Shown here one piece after another: positions 1 to 9,669 of a DNA stretch of 64,000 nucleotides (its first letter is position 1; the number at the start of each line of letters is the position of its first letter). The position numbers and the translations under genes were made by a program. Source of the DNA: Deltaproteobacteria bacterium (GTDB lineage: Bacteria; Myxococcota; Kuafuiibacteriia; Kuafuiibacteriales; Kuafuiibacteriaceae). The stretch covers positions 16,837 through 80,836 of the forward strand of contig JAVJQW010000040.1 of the NCBI GenBank assembly GCA_040218735.1, given 5' to 3'. Below the pieces are notes generated by a model. That model made no database searches. It was given only the letters and a program-made list of their open reading frames with translations, and was not told the origin of the DNA.

Positions 1-513
1 GTGATCGCGTTGAAGACCGCGACGACGATCGACGGCGTTCCGATCAACATCTACAACCGAAACCTCTGCGACGACGCGGACTGGAAGGGGCCCGACGCGA
101 TGGGTCGGTACTTCTGTCCGACCGCGGACCGCGGCCCGGGCGGCCCGCCCGACGTCGACCGATGGGCCTACGACTGGACGGTCCAAACGCATCGCATCGA
201 CCCGCTGGACATCGAGATCTTCCCGCTGGTGACCTTGGGTTCGACGGGGCGCTTCGATCCCAGCATCCCCGGCGGTCACGTTCCGCACATTCTGGGTACG
301 GAGTCACTCGCGAACCCGAACTGGGACAACTGCGCGTGGCCGGAGATGTTCACGCCGGACGAGATCGCGAACCAGGACGGCGCTGGGTTCGACCCACTCA
401 CGTACACGGCGCAAACCTATCGCTTCGGCAAGGATCCGGACCTCGACCTCCGCGCCGTGCTCGCCACGAACTGGCGACGCGGGTTCTGCTTCGAACCCAT
501 CCCGGGTCTTTGA
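1..513 (+). CDS. Hypothetical protein, probably the 3' part of a gene starting before the window
   Basis: Open frame from base 1 to TGA at 511-513, with GC3-rich codon usage; no family recognised. Confidence 0.6.
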   Translation: MIALKTATTIDGVPINIYNRNLCDDADWKGPDAMGRYFCPTADRGPGGPPDVDRWAYDWTVQTHRIDPLDIEIFPLVTLGSTGRFDPSIPGGHVPHILGTESLANPNWDNCAWPEMFTPDEIANQDGAGFDPLTYTAQTYRFGKDPDLDLRAVLATNWRRGFCFEPIPGL

Positions 514-595
514 CTGTTGAACGTCGCGTCGAGGCAGGGGCTGGACGACGCGTACGTGGGCGTCGGCGGGTGCTCGGCCGAATCCGATCGACGGT

Positions 596-1882
596 TCACG
601 GGACTCGGAGCTCCGCCGTCCACAGCTCCGCCGACGCAACGTCGTACAGCACCGTGTTCGGCGGCAGGAAGAGCATGCCTTCGACGTCACCGCGGGACAG
701 GCGCATCGCGCTGCACTCGGTGCCGCTGTCGGGTTCGATGAAGCCCTGACGACCGTCCGCGCCGCCGTAGAGGACGCCGCGCGGGTGTGCGATCGCGTGG
801 TCGATGTCGCGGAGGACGCTCTCGAAAGTCAGCACGGGCCGCCACGCGCCTTCGTCGTGCTCGAGGAGGTAACGAATCGCGTCCTTGTCGACCGCGAGGA
901 GGAAGGTGCGTTCGCGGAGCGCGACCGCGTTCATCACCTTCACGCCGGTGCCGAGCTCTTCACTCACGGGCTCCAGGGAACGCTCCGTCCCTCGCCATCG
1001 CTCGATGAGATGGCGCTCGGACGTCACCAACACGCCGCCGCCCGAGGTCCACGTCACGCGGTAGCGTCCGCCGGGCACATCGGTCGTACCCAACGGCGTC
1101 CACGACCCTCCCGCGTACCGGGCGAGCGCTCCGGCGTCGGTGATCGCGTAGGCCGTGGTTCCGTCGGGGCCCGTGGCGATGTCGACGACCGGCGCGCCGA
1201 GGTGCAACGTCGCGCCGACGCTCAGGCGCTCCGGGTCGTCGAGCCGTCCGACGCGGCCGTCGTCGAACCCGACGAACGAACCCGCGAAGCGCGAGAGAGG
1301 GGAGGTCGAGGTGTCGATGGTCTGAAGGGCGCCGTCCCGGAGCCGGTGCAGCGCGAACCGGTCTGCGATGCGCACGGACCCGTCGGCGTCCGCAGCCATT
1401 CCTACGATGAGCTCGTCGAACGCCACGTCGATGCGCGCGACGACGTAGGTCGGGCAAGAGAACGCGAGTCCCGGCGCCGCGTCCGCGCTCGGCGTGAACG
1501 TCGACCACGCCGAGACCGCACCGCTATCGAAGCGCGCCGACCACGCCGCGTTCGCGGGCGGCATTCGAACGTCTCCTTCGTCGAGTGGTCCGGGACGCAC
1601 GAACAGCTCCGTCGGCGTGCCCGAGAACAGGCGAGCCTCGAGGTTGGCGGCGTCGACCTCGGAGAGCTGTGTCGCGAGCTGCACGGAGTCGCCCGGCTCC
1701 ACGACGTAGTGCTCGGTGGTCATCGGCGCGCGCAGCGTGAGGAGCTGCGTGCCCCGATCGAAGTCCGGCGGCGGGTCGAACTCGATGCGCAGCCGTTCCA
1801 CGCCGCCGTCGCTACAGCCGAGCGCCAGGACGATCGCTACCGCACCGCGCCGCACGGTGTTCCTCGTCCGGGGCGTTGGCAC
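596..1882 (-). CDS. Putative lipoprotein with beta-propeller-like C-terminal region
   Basis: Lipobox-like AIVLALGC; repeated short beta-strand/W motifs. The start is uncertain because it overlaps the upstream gene. Confidence 0.65.
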   Translation of the reverse strand: MPTPRTRNTVRRGAVAIVLALGCSDGGVERLRIEFDPPPDFDRGTQLLTLRAPMTTEHYVVEPGDSVQLATQLSEVDAANLEARLFSGTPTELFVRPGPLDEGDVRMPPANAAWSARFDSGAVSAWSTFTPSADAAPGLAFSCPTYVVARIDVAFDELIVGMAADADGSVRIADRFALHRLRDGALQTIDTSTSPLSRFAGSFVGFDDGRVGRLDDPERLSVGATLHLGAPVVDIATGPDGTTAYAITDAGALARYAGGSWTPLGTTDVPGGRYRVTWTSGGGVLVTSERHLIERWRGTERSLEPVSEELGTGVKVMNAVALRERTFLLAVDKDAIRYLLEHDEGAWRPVLTFESVLRDIDHAIAHPRGVLYGGADGRQGFIEPDSGTECSAMRLSRGDVEGMLFLPPNTVLYDVASAELWTAELRVP

Positions 1883-2646
1883 AGGTCGAACGAAGTCATC
1901 GGGCCGTCATCCGACGCGGCGACGACGGCGACCGTGACCGCGGCGGCGGCGACGACCGCGGCGCCGATCCCCGCCCACAACCACAAGGACGTTCCGCTCG
2001 GTTCCAGCGATACACGCTGCGTGGTCTCCACGCCGGCCAAGATGCGAACCTCCAGGCTCGCGGTCTCGTGGTCGTCTGCGGCGACCTCCAGGCGATGCGT
2101 GCCCGGGAGCAAGAGGACACGCGGAAGATCGAGCGGGGTGTCGTCGATCTTCACCGCCGCGTCGTCGGGGCTGCGTTCGATGCGCAGCGCGCCGTGCGAC
2201 GGGTGGCCCGCCGCGTCGAGCGCCGCGCGGAGCTCGTCGACGATCGCGCGACGTGGTGTTCGGGTGTTGGGATCGATCTCAGCGAAGTGGCGTTCGAGGC
2301 GCCGCCCCGCTCGGGTGTCGACGATGTCGACGGCGACGCCGATGTGATCGGCGCGCGCCTCGACGATCGCGACCACGACCCGACTGAACACATCCGGGGT
2401 GGCTTCGACGATACACGCCAAGTCACCCGCGCATTCGAGGAGGCGGACTCGATCGGGCTCGGCCAGGACCGTGGCCTCGAGGGAGGGGGTGAAGTCGAAG
2501 ACCTCCGCCACGTCGACCTCGAGCTCGGCGCCGACCGACCGAATCGCGACCGCGGTCGCCTGCGGCGCGGAAGCGGCCGACATCGCGGTGAGCGCAGCAA
2601 GGAGCACGGCGCGTCGATGCTGCCTGGTGACTCGACTTGGGTCCAT
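1837..2646 (-). CDS. PEGA domain-containing membrane protein
   Basis: Signal-like N-terminus; PEGA-like LRIERSPDDAAVKIDD...LLPGTHRLEV; C-terminal TM helix LWLWAGIGAAVVAAAAVTVAVV. Start trimmed to ATG 2646. Confidence 0.75.
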   Translation of the reverse strand: MDPSRVTRQHRRAVLLAALTAMSAASAPQATAVAIRSVGAELEVDVAEVFDFTPSLEATVLAEPDRVRLLECAGDLACIVEATPDVFSRVVVAIVEARADHIGVAVDIVDTRAGRRLERHFAEIDPNTRTPRRAIVDELRAALDAAGHPSHGALRIERSPDDAAVKIDDTPLDLPRVLLLPGTHRLEVAADDHETASLEVRILAGVETTQRVSLEPSGTSLWLWAGIGAAVVAAAAVTVAVVAASDDGPMTSFDLCQRPGRGTPCGAVR

Positions 2647-2678
2647 GTACCGTCGCGACGGGCCACGGCCCGCCCGTG

Positions 2679-4151
2679 ATGACGGACCGGACGGAATCGA
2701 CCTTCGGCGCCTATACGCTGCACGAACGTATCGGAATGGGCGGAATGGCGGAGGCCTACGTCGCGACCCGCGAAGGCTCGACGACGCCCTGCGTGCTGAA
2801 GCTGATTCGAGACGCGGACAACGCGCTCGCCCTCGCGCGGATGCGTCAGGAAGCACACGCCGGGATCCACCTCGCGCACGACAACGTGGTGCGGACCCTC
2901 GACGCGGGGACCATCGCGGGCACGTTCTACATCGCGGTCGAGCTGATCGTCGGCGAAGATCTCCGGCGCGTCGGCGAGTGGTTCACCGTGAACGGCGAGC
3001 GCGCGCCGGTCGCGTTCGTCGTCGGTGTGATGCGACAGGCGTTGGCGGGGCTCGCCTACGCGCACTCCGCGAAGGGGCCGGACGGCGCTCCGCTCGGTGT
3101 CGTTCACCGCGACCTCTCGCCGGGGAACCTGATGATCGACCAAGCCGGGTGCCTCAAGATCATCGACTTCGGGCTGGTGCACGCGGAGCTCGGCGATCCG
3201 AGGACGCGCCCCGGGATGTTGATGGGCACGCTCGCGTACATCTCCCCCGAGCAGGCGAGGGGAGAGACGGTCGACGGTCGGGGCGACCTGTACGCGCTGT
3301 CCGTCGTGGCCTACGAGCTCCTCGCCGGGCGTCGCGTGGCGCGCGGGATTCGGCCGGCCGACGTCGTACGATCGATCCTGACCGACACCACGCGACCGGT
3401 CGAAGAGCTCCGTGATGAGGTGCCGCCGCAGCTGGCGCGCGCGCTCGGTCGTGGCCTCGAAAAGGAGCGCGACGACCGCTACGCCGACGCCGCGGAGTAC
3501 CTCGCCGCGCTCGAGGGGCTCGAGGCTCACGACGCCGACGCCATCGCGGCGCACATGCACGAAGCGTTTCCCGAGCTCGCCGACCGACGCACACGCTGGA
3601 CTTCGATCGGAGACCAGGAGCCGACGCAGGTACCCACCCGCGCCGCGCCCGCGCCGCCGCGCCCAGACCCGCCGTCGCCGCGCCTCGCGCCGGTTATTCT
3701 CGCGGCGATCGCCGTGGCGATCGTCGCTGTGGTCGCGACGGTGGCGTGGATGAGCACACCACCGCCCGCGCCGCTCCTGGCGACGCCGACGTCCCCCGCG
3801 GTCGAACCGAAGCCTGCGGTGACGCCCAAGGCCGCCGCGCCACCCGAAACGTCGCCGCGCCCGACGCCGCCGCGCACGACGCCACCGCGAAGGCCCCCGC
3901 CGCGCCGGTTGCGCAGGGCGCCGCCCGCGCCGGCCGACGAGGTGAAGGTCGAACGCGCCACCCCGGACGAACGCATCGCGCGACTCGACGCACGCCTTCG
4001 GCGCCTCGACGCGCGCGGCGTCGATCCGGAGCGGACCGAACGCCTGCGCGCCGACCTCACGTTCGTACGCGCCTCGGGGAACGCACGCCCCGAGGCCCTC
4101 GACCGCCTCGAGCGCGCCGTCGACCACCTCGAGCGCGGCGCCGATCCGTGA
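2679..4151 (+). CDS. Serine/threonine protein kinase (Hanks type) with TM helix and Pro-rich C-terminal region
   Basis: IGMGGMAEAY, HRDLSPGN, DFG, YISPEQ, DLYAL motifs; TM helix after the kinase domain. Confidence 0.93.
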   Translation: MTDRTESTFGAYTLHERIGMGGMAEAYVATREGSTTPCVLKLIRDADNALALARMRQEAHAGIHLAHDNVVRTLDAGTIAGTFYIAVELIVGEDLRRVGEWFTVNGERAPVAFVVGVMRQALAGLAYAHSAKGPDGAPLGVVHRDLSPGNLMIDQAGCLKIIDFGLVHAELGDPRTRPGMLMGTLAYISPEQARGETVDGRGDLYALSVVAYELLAGRRVARGIRPADVVRSILTDTTRPVEELRDEVPPQLARALGRGLEKERDDRYADAAEYLAALEGLEAHDADAIAAHMHEAFPELADRRTRWTSIGDQEPTQVPTRAAPAPPRPDPPSPRLAPVILAAIAVAIVAVVATVAWMSTPPPAPLLATPTSPAVEPKPAVTPKAAAPPETSPRPTPPRTTPPRRPPPRRLRRAPPAPADEVKVERATPDERIARLDARLRRLDARGVDPERTERLRADLTFVRASGNARPEALDRLERAVDHLERGADP

Positions 4152-5336
4152 TCAGTCCACGTTGTCGTAGACGGCCTTCTCGAAGTCGAAGTAGCCGCCC
4201 ACCGACGTCGGGTCCGCGAACGGGAAGATCTGCGTCGCCCAGTAACCGCCCAGGCCGTTCTCCCGATCGATCCAGTAGTAGAGGTTCGCGAGCCCCGCCC
4301 ACGCGAGCGCGCCCGCCGGACGCCCGGTCGGCGCGTCCTCTTCGTTGATCATGAACGTGAGCGCCCAGGTCTTCGGCATGCCGGGGAAGAACTCGGCGTC
4401 GTTCGACAGCGCCGGGTTCACGCCCGGGAGCATCTTGATGTTCATCCCCTCCGGCAGGTGGTTCTTGCACGCCATCTGTACGGTCTCGGGCTTCAGGACG
4501 CGCTCGCCGCCCGCCGCCTTGCCGTCGTTCAGCCACATGCGGATGAACTTCACGTAGTCGTCCGCCGTCCCGTACAGACCGTGTCCGGACATGTGGATCT
4601 CGGGCTCCGACGTGAGCTCGAAGTCGCTCATCGGGTCGAGGCTCCCGTCTGCGTTGCGCGCGTGGATGCGCGAGAGCCGCGAGCGCATGTCCGACGTCAT
4701 CGTGAACGCGGTCGAGGTCATGCCGAGCGGTCCGAAGATCCGTTCTTCGAAGACGTCGCCGAGGCGCTTGCCCGTGATCCCTTCGACCACCATGCCCGCC
4801 CAGTCGATGTTCGTTCCGTACTCCCACTGCTCTCCCGGGTCGAAGAGCAGCGGCGTCTCGATCGACGCCCACGACGAAGCGAGGACGCTCGGCTGCCCGT
4901 GGTCGTTTGCGAGCCGCGTGTAGTCCTCGTTGAAGAAGTCGTACGCGAACCCCGCCGTGTGGGTGAGGAGGTGACGCGTCGTGATGTCGCGCTTCGGCGC
5001 GCGCAGCTTCGGCTGGCCCTCGGCGTCGAAGCCCTCGAGCACCTTCAGCTCGCCGATGCGCGGCACGTACTTCTTCGCCGGCGCGTCCAAGTCGAGCTTC
5101 CCCTCCTCCACGAGCTGGAGGCACGCGGTGCCGCCGATCGCCTTCGTCGTGGAGAAGATCGCGCAGACGGTGTCGGTGGTGAACGCCGTGTCCTGCCCCA
5201 GGACGCGCTCGCCGCGGGCGCCCTCGTAGATGTTCTCCTCGCGGTTCGTCGCGATCGCCGCGACCCCGGGGACCCGCGGAGACCCAAAGACCACGCCCTC
5301 CAGGACACTATCCAGCGCTGTGCTCAGTTTGCTCAT
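4152..5336 (-). CDS. Serine hydrolase, beta-lactamase fold (family VIII esterase; methyl-acetate-hydrolase-like)
   Basis: SxxK motif FSTTK, LLTHTAG, WEYG, WAGLAN; GGGGAGG RBS upstream. Confidence 0.9.
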   Translation of the reverse strand: MSKLSTALDSVLEGVVFGSPRVPGVAAIATNREENIYEGARGERVLGQDTAFTTDTVCAIFSTTKAIGGTACLQLVEEGKLDLDAPAKKYVPRIGELKVLEGFDAEGQPKLRAPKRDITTRHLLTHTAGFAYDFFNEDYTRLANDHGQPSVLASSWASIETPLLFDPGEQWEYGTNIDWAGMVVEGITGKRLGDVFEERIFGPLGMTSTAFTMTSDMRSRLSRIHARNADGSLDPMSDFELTSEPEIHMSGHGLYGTADDYVKFIRMWLNDGKAAGGERVLKPETVQMACKNHLPEGMNIKMLPGVNPALSNDAEFFPGMPKTWALTFMINEEDAPTGRPAGALAWAGLANLYYWIDRENGLGGYWATQIFPFADPTSVGGYFDFEKAVYDNVD

Positions 5337-5457
5337 GTTCTGACCTCCCCCGGCGCCGGACGGCGTCGGGCTCCAAACGATTGAAAGTAGAGGTGAACGG
5401 TAGCGCTGGCCCCGACAGGGAATAACCGCCGCGCGGCGCGATCCGTCCGCGTTGGAT

Positions 5458-5471
5458 CCGCCAAATGGCGG
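5458..5471. promoter_or_regulatory. Palindrome CCGCCA-AA-TGGCGG, candidate operator upstream of the esterase
   Basis: Perfect 6-bp inverted repeat with a 2-nt spacer, between the regulator and the esterase gene. Confidence 0.4.
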
Positions 5472-5477
5472 TCGGGC

Positions 5478-6515
5478 TCAGCGGCGTTCGGAGGGGGGCG
5501 GGAGATCGAGGACCGACGAGTGACGCAGCCGCCAGGCGAGGAACGCGAGCCCGATCCGGGTGCGGCCGATGCCGTCCATCGGGTCGAAGGGGAGCGCGTC
5601 GCGGATGGTCTCGAGCCGCGTCTGCATGGTGCTGTGGTGCACCTCGGCGAGCCGCGACGCCTCACGGACGGACGCGGAGCGGAGCAGGGCGTCGAGGGTC
5701 GCGACCGCCCACGGGTACTGCATGACGTCTTCGAGCTCTTCGACGTCGAGCAGGGGCCGCTCGATCGAGCACTGCGCGAGCAGCTCCACCAGTCCGCCGT
5801 AGTCATCGGCGACGACGATCGGGATGTCCGGGATCGCGCAGAGCCGCAAACTCACCAGCGCGGTCGAAAACGATCGATGCAGCGCGTCCGCCGGCATCGC
5901 TGCGCCGACGCCGCACGGGCGCGCGTCGACGCGTGTGATCTCGGCGGGGACCACGCCGACATGCATCGGCCCGAAGCGCGTGGGCACGACGTCCTCGAGC
6001 ATCTCGGGGTGATGATTCCACGTCGCGAACAGCGGCAGGCTCAGCACGCGGTAGCGGCCGCGCGCCGAGAGGCCGAGCTTGGCGGCCGCGGCGCGTCGCT
6101 GTTGGGGGTCGACCTCGGCGTCGAGGAGGGCCCCCAGGCGGAGGAGCGGATCCTCCGGCTTGCGCCCGTGCCGAATCTCGAGCGCGAGCGCGAGGCGCTC
6201 GAGGATCATCGTGTCGTTGGCTTGCGCAGTACAGTCCCGCTCGAGCCACACGCACAGGCCATCGGACGTCAGCGCGTTCGGGTGTGGCGTCGCGTCGCCT
6301 TCGCTCAGCACTTCTCCGCTCGGCGCGACGCGCATCGCGCTCTGGGGTGACGCCCGTGCGTAGCCGGCGACGCAGCCCGACAGCGACGCCGCCGCGCCGA
6401 GGAGCGCCTGCGTGTTGACGCCACCACGAACCAGCTCGTCGAAACACGCGATGACGCGGAGCGCGAGGCTCGCGTTCGGGTCGAGCGTCTTGAGTCGTGC
6501 CAGGAGCTCTTGCAC
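5478..6515 (-). CDS. PucR/CdaR-family transcriptional regulator
   Basis: C-terminal HTH: TLDALLRSASVREASRLAEVHHSTMQTRL. Confidence 0.85.
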   Translation of the reverse strand: MQELLARLKTLDPNASLALRVIACFDELVRGGVNTQALLGAAASLSGCVAGYARASPQSAMRVAPSGEVLSEGDATPHPNALTSDGLCVWLERDCTAQANDTMILERLALALEIRHGRKPEDPLLRLGALLDAEVDPQQRRAAAAKLGLSARGRYRVLSLPLFATWNHHPEMLEDVVPTRFGPMHVGVVPAEITRVDARPCGVGAAMPADALHRSFSTALVSLRLCAIPDIPIVVADDYGGLVELLAQCSIERPLLDVEELEDVMQYPWAVATLDALLRSASVREASRLAEVHHSTMQTRLETIRDALPFDPMDGIGRTRIGLAFLAWRLRHSSVLDLPPPSERR

Positions 6516-6525
6516 GGCGTCCTAT

Positions 6526-7530
6526 TCAATCCGCCAGGACGCGCGACATCCAAGCGTTTCGCGTCGCTATCATGCCACGGGACAGGGCGGTGTGCGGCGC
6601 GAAGATGTCGAACGCGTGGAATCCGCCGGGCCACACGTGGAGCTCGGCGTGCCCGCCCGCGTTCCACAACGCGTCCGCGTACGCGACGGCTTCGTCTCGA
6701 AAAATCTCGGCGCTGCCCACATCGAGAAACGCGGGCGGGAGGTCGTGCAGCTCGGTCGCGCGGGCGGGTGCGGCGTACGGCGAGACGTCCGGGCCGCCGC
6801 GCCGTTCACCGAGCAGGGCGCTCCAGCCGGTTTCGTTGCTCACGCGATCCCACACGCCGATCCCGTCGAACTGGTTCGTCGACTTCGTGACCCCGCGGTC
6901 GTCCAACATTGGATAGTCGAGGAGCTGACCGCACAGGCGTGGGCCGCCGCGATCGCGCGCCGCGATCGCCGCGCCCGCGGCGAGGCCTCCGCCGGCGCTG
7001 GCTCCGGCGATCAGCAGGCGGTCGAGGTGTATGCCGAGCGCCTCGGCGTCGGAGGCGACCCACTCCAGCGCCGCGTAGACGTCCTCGCGCGGGTACGGGT
7101 CACGGTGTTCCGGTGCGAGTCGATACTCGATCGACACCAGTACGACGCCGAGCTGCTCCACGAAGTCGAGCATGCGATCCAATCCACTGAAACGATCGCC
7201 GAACATCAGGCCGCCCGAGTGCACGAAGAGGATGCCGGGGCGCGCGCCCAAGGCCTCGGTGTGGCGGAAGATGGATGCCTCGAGCTCGTGCCCCTCGTAG
7301 CCGAAGAACGTGCGCTCCTCGCAACGAATGGGGCGACCGGTGATCAGCGCGTCGAGCGGCGGGCCCGCGTAGGAGATGCGCATGAAGTCGATCAGGTCGG
7401 GGGTGATCGTCGGCGGGAACATGCCGCCCACGATCGCGAGCCCCGCGCGGAGCTCGGGATCGAACGCAGGCCGGCCGGGCGAGGGTTCTTGGTCGACGCC
7501 GAAGAGAAAGCCCGGTGCGTGATCGCTCAT
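6526..7530 (-). CDS. Alpha/beta hydrolase (HSL-family esterase)
   Basis: HSGG oxyanion motif, EYRLAPEH, GASAGG nucleophile, GGFHAF catalytic His. Confidence 0.92.
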   Translation of the reverse strand: MSDHAPGFLFGVDQEPSPGRPAFDPELRAGLAIVGGMFPPTITPDLIDFMRISYAGPPLDALITGRPIRCEERTFFGYEGHELEASIFRHTEALGARPGILFVHSGGLMFGDRFSGLDRMLDFVEQLGVVLVSIEYRLAPEHRDPYPREDVYAALEWVASDAEALGIHLDRLLIAGASAGGGLAAGAAIAARDRGGPRLCGQLLDYPMLDDRGVTKSTNQFDGIGVWDRVSNETGWSALLGERRGGPDVSPYAAPARATELHDLPPAFLDVGSAEIFRDEAVAYADALWNAGGHAELHVWPGGFHAFDIFAPHTALSRGMIATRNAWMSRVLAD

Positions 7531-7667
7531 GACGCCCTGTTTTCTACCGCGAACGTCTCGGGCGGGGAACGCTGGGCCCGGTGCGTCGTCGCGGGTCCGG
7601 TCTTTGGCGCTTCGGGTCCGCGACGTCGCGCCGCGCTCACGCGAAGGTGTTCGTCAGGAGGCCAACC

Positions 7668-7950
7668 GTGAGCACGCCGATGACCGTCGAATCCCTTCGC
7701 ATCCGACCCGAAGACCAAGAGTCCACCGCCAGCGACATGAAGATCGTCGCGCGCAACGCCGCGCTCGGCGGTCACTACTCCGTGATGCAGGGCGCCGTTC
7801 GGCCCAAGGAGATCCTGGCCTTCCACACCCACCACAATGAAGACCAACACATGTACATCATCTCAGGTGAGTTGCACTTCGAGGTGGGGGGCGCCGACCG
7901 AGGCCGCGTACGTCGAGACGTCGACGCAAGGGGGCTTCGAGCGCTTCGTC
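7668..7950 (+). pseudogene. Cupin-domain gene remnant (internal deletion and frameshift)
   Basis: AGGAGG RBS plus GTG at 7668; cupin motif 1 HTHHNEDQHMYIISGEL. Motif 2 is missing, and the C-terminal piece YVETSTQGGFERFV is in another frame. Confidence 0.7.
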
Positions 7951-8490
7951 GAGCATCCTCTCCGACGCCCTCGAGACGCGGATCGTGAAGGAGGAGGGCG
8001 TGGCCGCGCTCGTGACCCGTCACCCTTCGGACGTTCTGGACGATGGCGCTGGCGCCGAGGTCGGGCTCGCGCTCGGCGTGCGTTTCGTGCGCGCCCACGC
8101 ACCGAGCCGCGGCTGTTCGCGTACATCGAGGCGCACCTTCAGAATGCCGTCGACGCGCTCACCCGGAGTGATGAGCTGGTCGAAATCCGCGACGCCGTCG
8201 CGAAGAACGTCGCGATCCAGGAGTACGGTGCGAAAGCGCTCGCGAGTCGGCTCCGCCTCTCGCTACGGGCGCTACAGCGTGAGGTGTCGAGACACGGGAC
8301 GACCGTGCGTGCGTTGCTGGACGAGGCGCGGTGTGCGCAGGCCAAACGGCTCCTCCAGGATCGTCGCCTCAGCGTCGATGAGATCGCCTTCGTGCTGAGT
8401 TACTCGGACGAGCGTGCGTTCCGCCGCGCCTTCAAGCGCATGACGGGCGAGAGCCCCGCGCAGTTCCGGCGCCGTCAGTCGTTGTCGTAG
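7951..8490 (+). pseudogene. AraC-family regulator remnant (N-terminus deleted, frameshifted)
   Basis: Intact HTH end LSVDEIAFVLSYSDERAFRRAFKRMTGESPAQFR; the N-terminal-domain fragment (AEVGLALGVRFVR) lies in a different frame; no proper start. Confidence 0.75.
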
Positions 8491-9575
8491 ACGAAGACGT
8501 CCGTGTTGAAGACCTGTCCGGGGCCGACGCCGCCCGGACAGACGAAGTCCCAGCCCGAGAAGATGTACATCTTGCCGTCGACGACGGCGGACGCGCTTCG
8601 TTTGAGACGAACCGCTCCGGCGGCGTCGTGACGACGCCAGCGCTTCTGCACGAGATGAAACGACCAGATCTCGTTGGAGACGTTCTGCAGGAACGGCGCG
8701 TTGCACCCCGTGGTCCCGCCGGGGATGTCGCCCCCGTGAATGAACAGGCGTTGTCCGATACGCGCCGCCGCTCCGTAGTTGCGGTGCAGCGGGAGGTCTT
8801 TCGCGGGGGCGGGCGTCGCGTCGATCCACTGCTGCGCGGCGACGTCGTACTGCCAGACGTCTTCGAGGATCACGAAGTCGAAGGTGGTGAAGTCGAGCGC
8901 TTCGCCGCCGTACAGCGTCAACTTGCCTTGTTTGAGCGTCTGACCGGCGCTCGCAACGTGCCGGCCGGGAGGCGCGCCGGCCGCGCCGTCGGGGCTGTGG
9001 AGCGTCCAGAGGTTCGTGCCGAAGTCGTACGACCACAGGTCGTTCCGGAACTGAAAGAACTGCGTGATGCCGCCGAACACGTAGAGTTTGTCGCCGTCGG
9101 CCCACATCGAGGCGCCGGAGCGGGCGTCGGGACCCGCGTTGCTCGCGACGATCTCCGTCCACGTGTTGTCTCCGGGTGCGTAGACCCAGAGGTCGTCGAA
9201 CACCGAGAAGACCTGAAACGTCGGGTCGTAGACCGAACCTCCGAACACCGCGAGGACGCCGCGCCCTTCGTGACCCGCGGCCGCCGCAAACGTGCGCGCT
9301 GGCGGCGACGTCGCCGGGGAGAGTCGAGTCCAGGCCCCAGTGGTCGTGTCGAACCGGTAGGTGTCGTCGTAGAAGGTGTTGGTGAAGGACGCGAAGTCAT
9401 CGAGCAGCCCACCGAACAGATAGACCTGAGTACCGAGCGAACCCACCGCCGGTGTCGTGCGCCCGGACGGGACGTCGCCGGTTCCGACGACGCGGGTGAA
9501 TGTCTGGGCGTAGGACGTCGTGTGGACGAATGAGATCAGCGCGAAGCCGAACGAGAAGATGCCGAAGCGGCGCAT
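8475..9575 (-). CDS. Secreted Kelch-repeat beta-propeller protein
   Basis: Signal peptide MRRFGIFSFGFALISF; about six Kelch repeats (LFGG...DTYRFD...W); GGAGG RBS before ATG 9575. Confidence 0.9.
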   Translation of the reverse strand: MRRFGIFSFGFALISFVHTTSYAQTFTRVVGTGDVPSGRTTPAVGSLGTQVYLFGGLLDDFASFTNTFYDDTYRFDTTTGAWTRLSPATSPPARTFAAAAGHEGRGVLAVFGGSVYDPTFQVFSVFDDLWVYAPGDNTWTEIVASNAGPDARSGASMWADGDKLYVFGGITQFFQFRNDLWSYDFGTNLWTLHSPDGAAGAPPGRHVASAGQTLKQGKLTLYGGEALDFTTFDFVILEDVWQYDVAAQQWIDATPAPAKDLPLHRNYGAAARIGQRLFIHGGDIPGGTTGCNAPFLQNVSNEIWSFHLVQKRWRRHDAAGAVRLKRSASAVVDGKMYIFSGWDFVCPGGVGPGQVFNTDVFVYDND

Positions 9576-9669
9576 GTGTTGAACCTCCGGTCGCCATTCG
9601 AGACGTATTCGAACGGAGCGCGAAGGGGGCCCGACTCGGAAAGGTCGGCGAAACCGACCGTGAGCCGAC

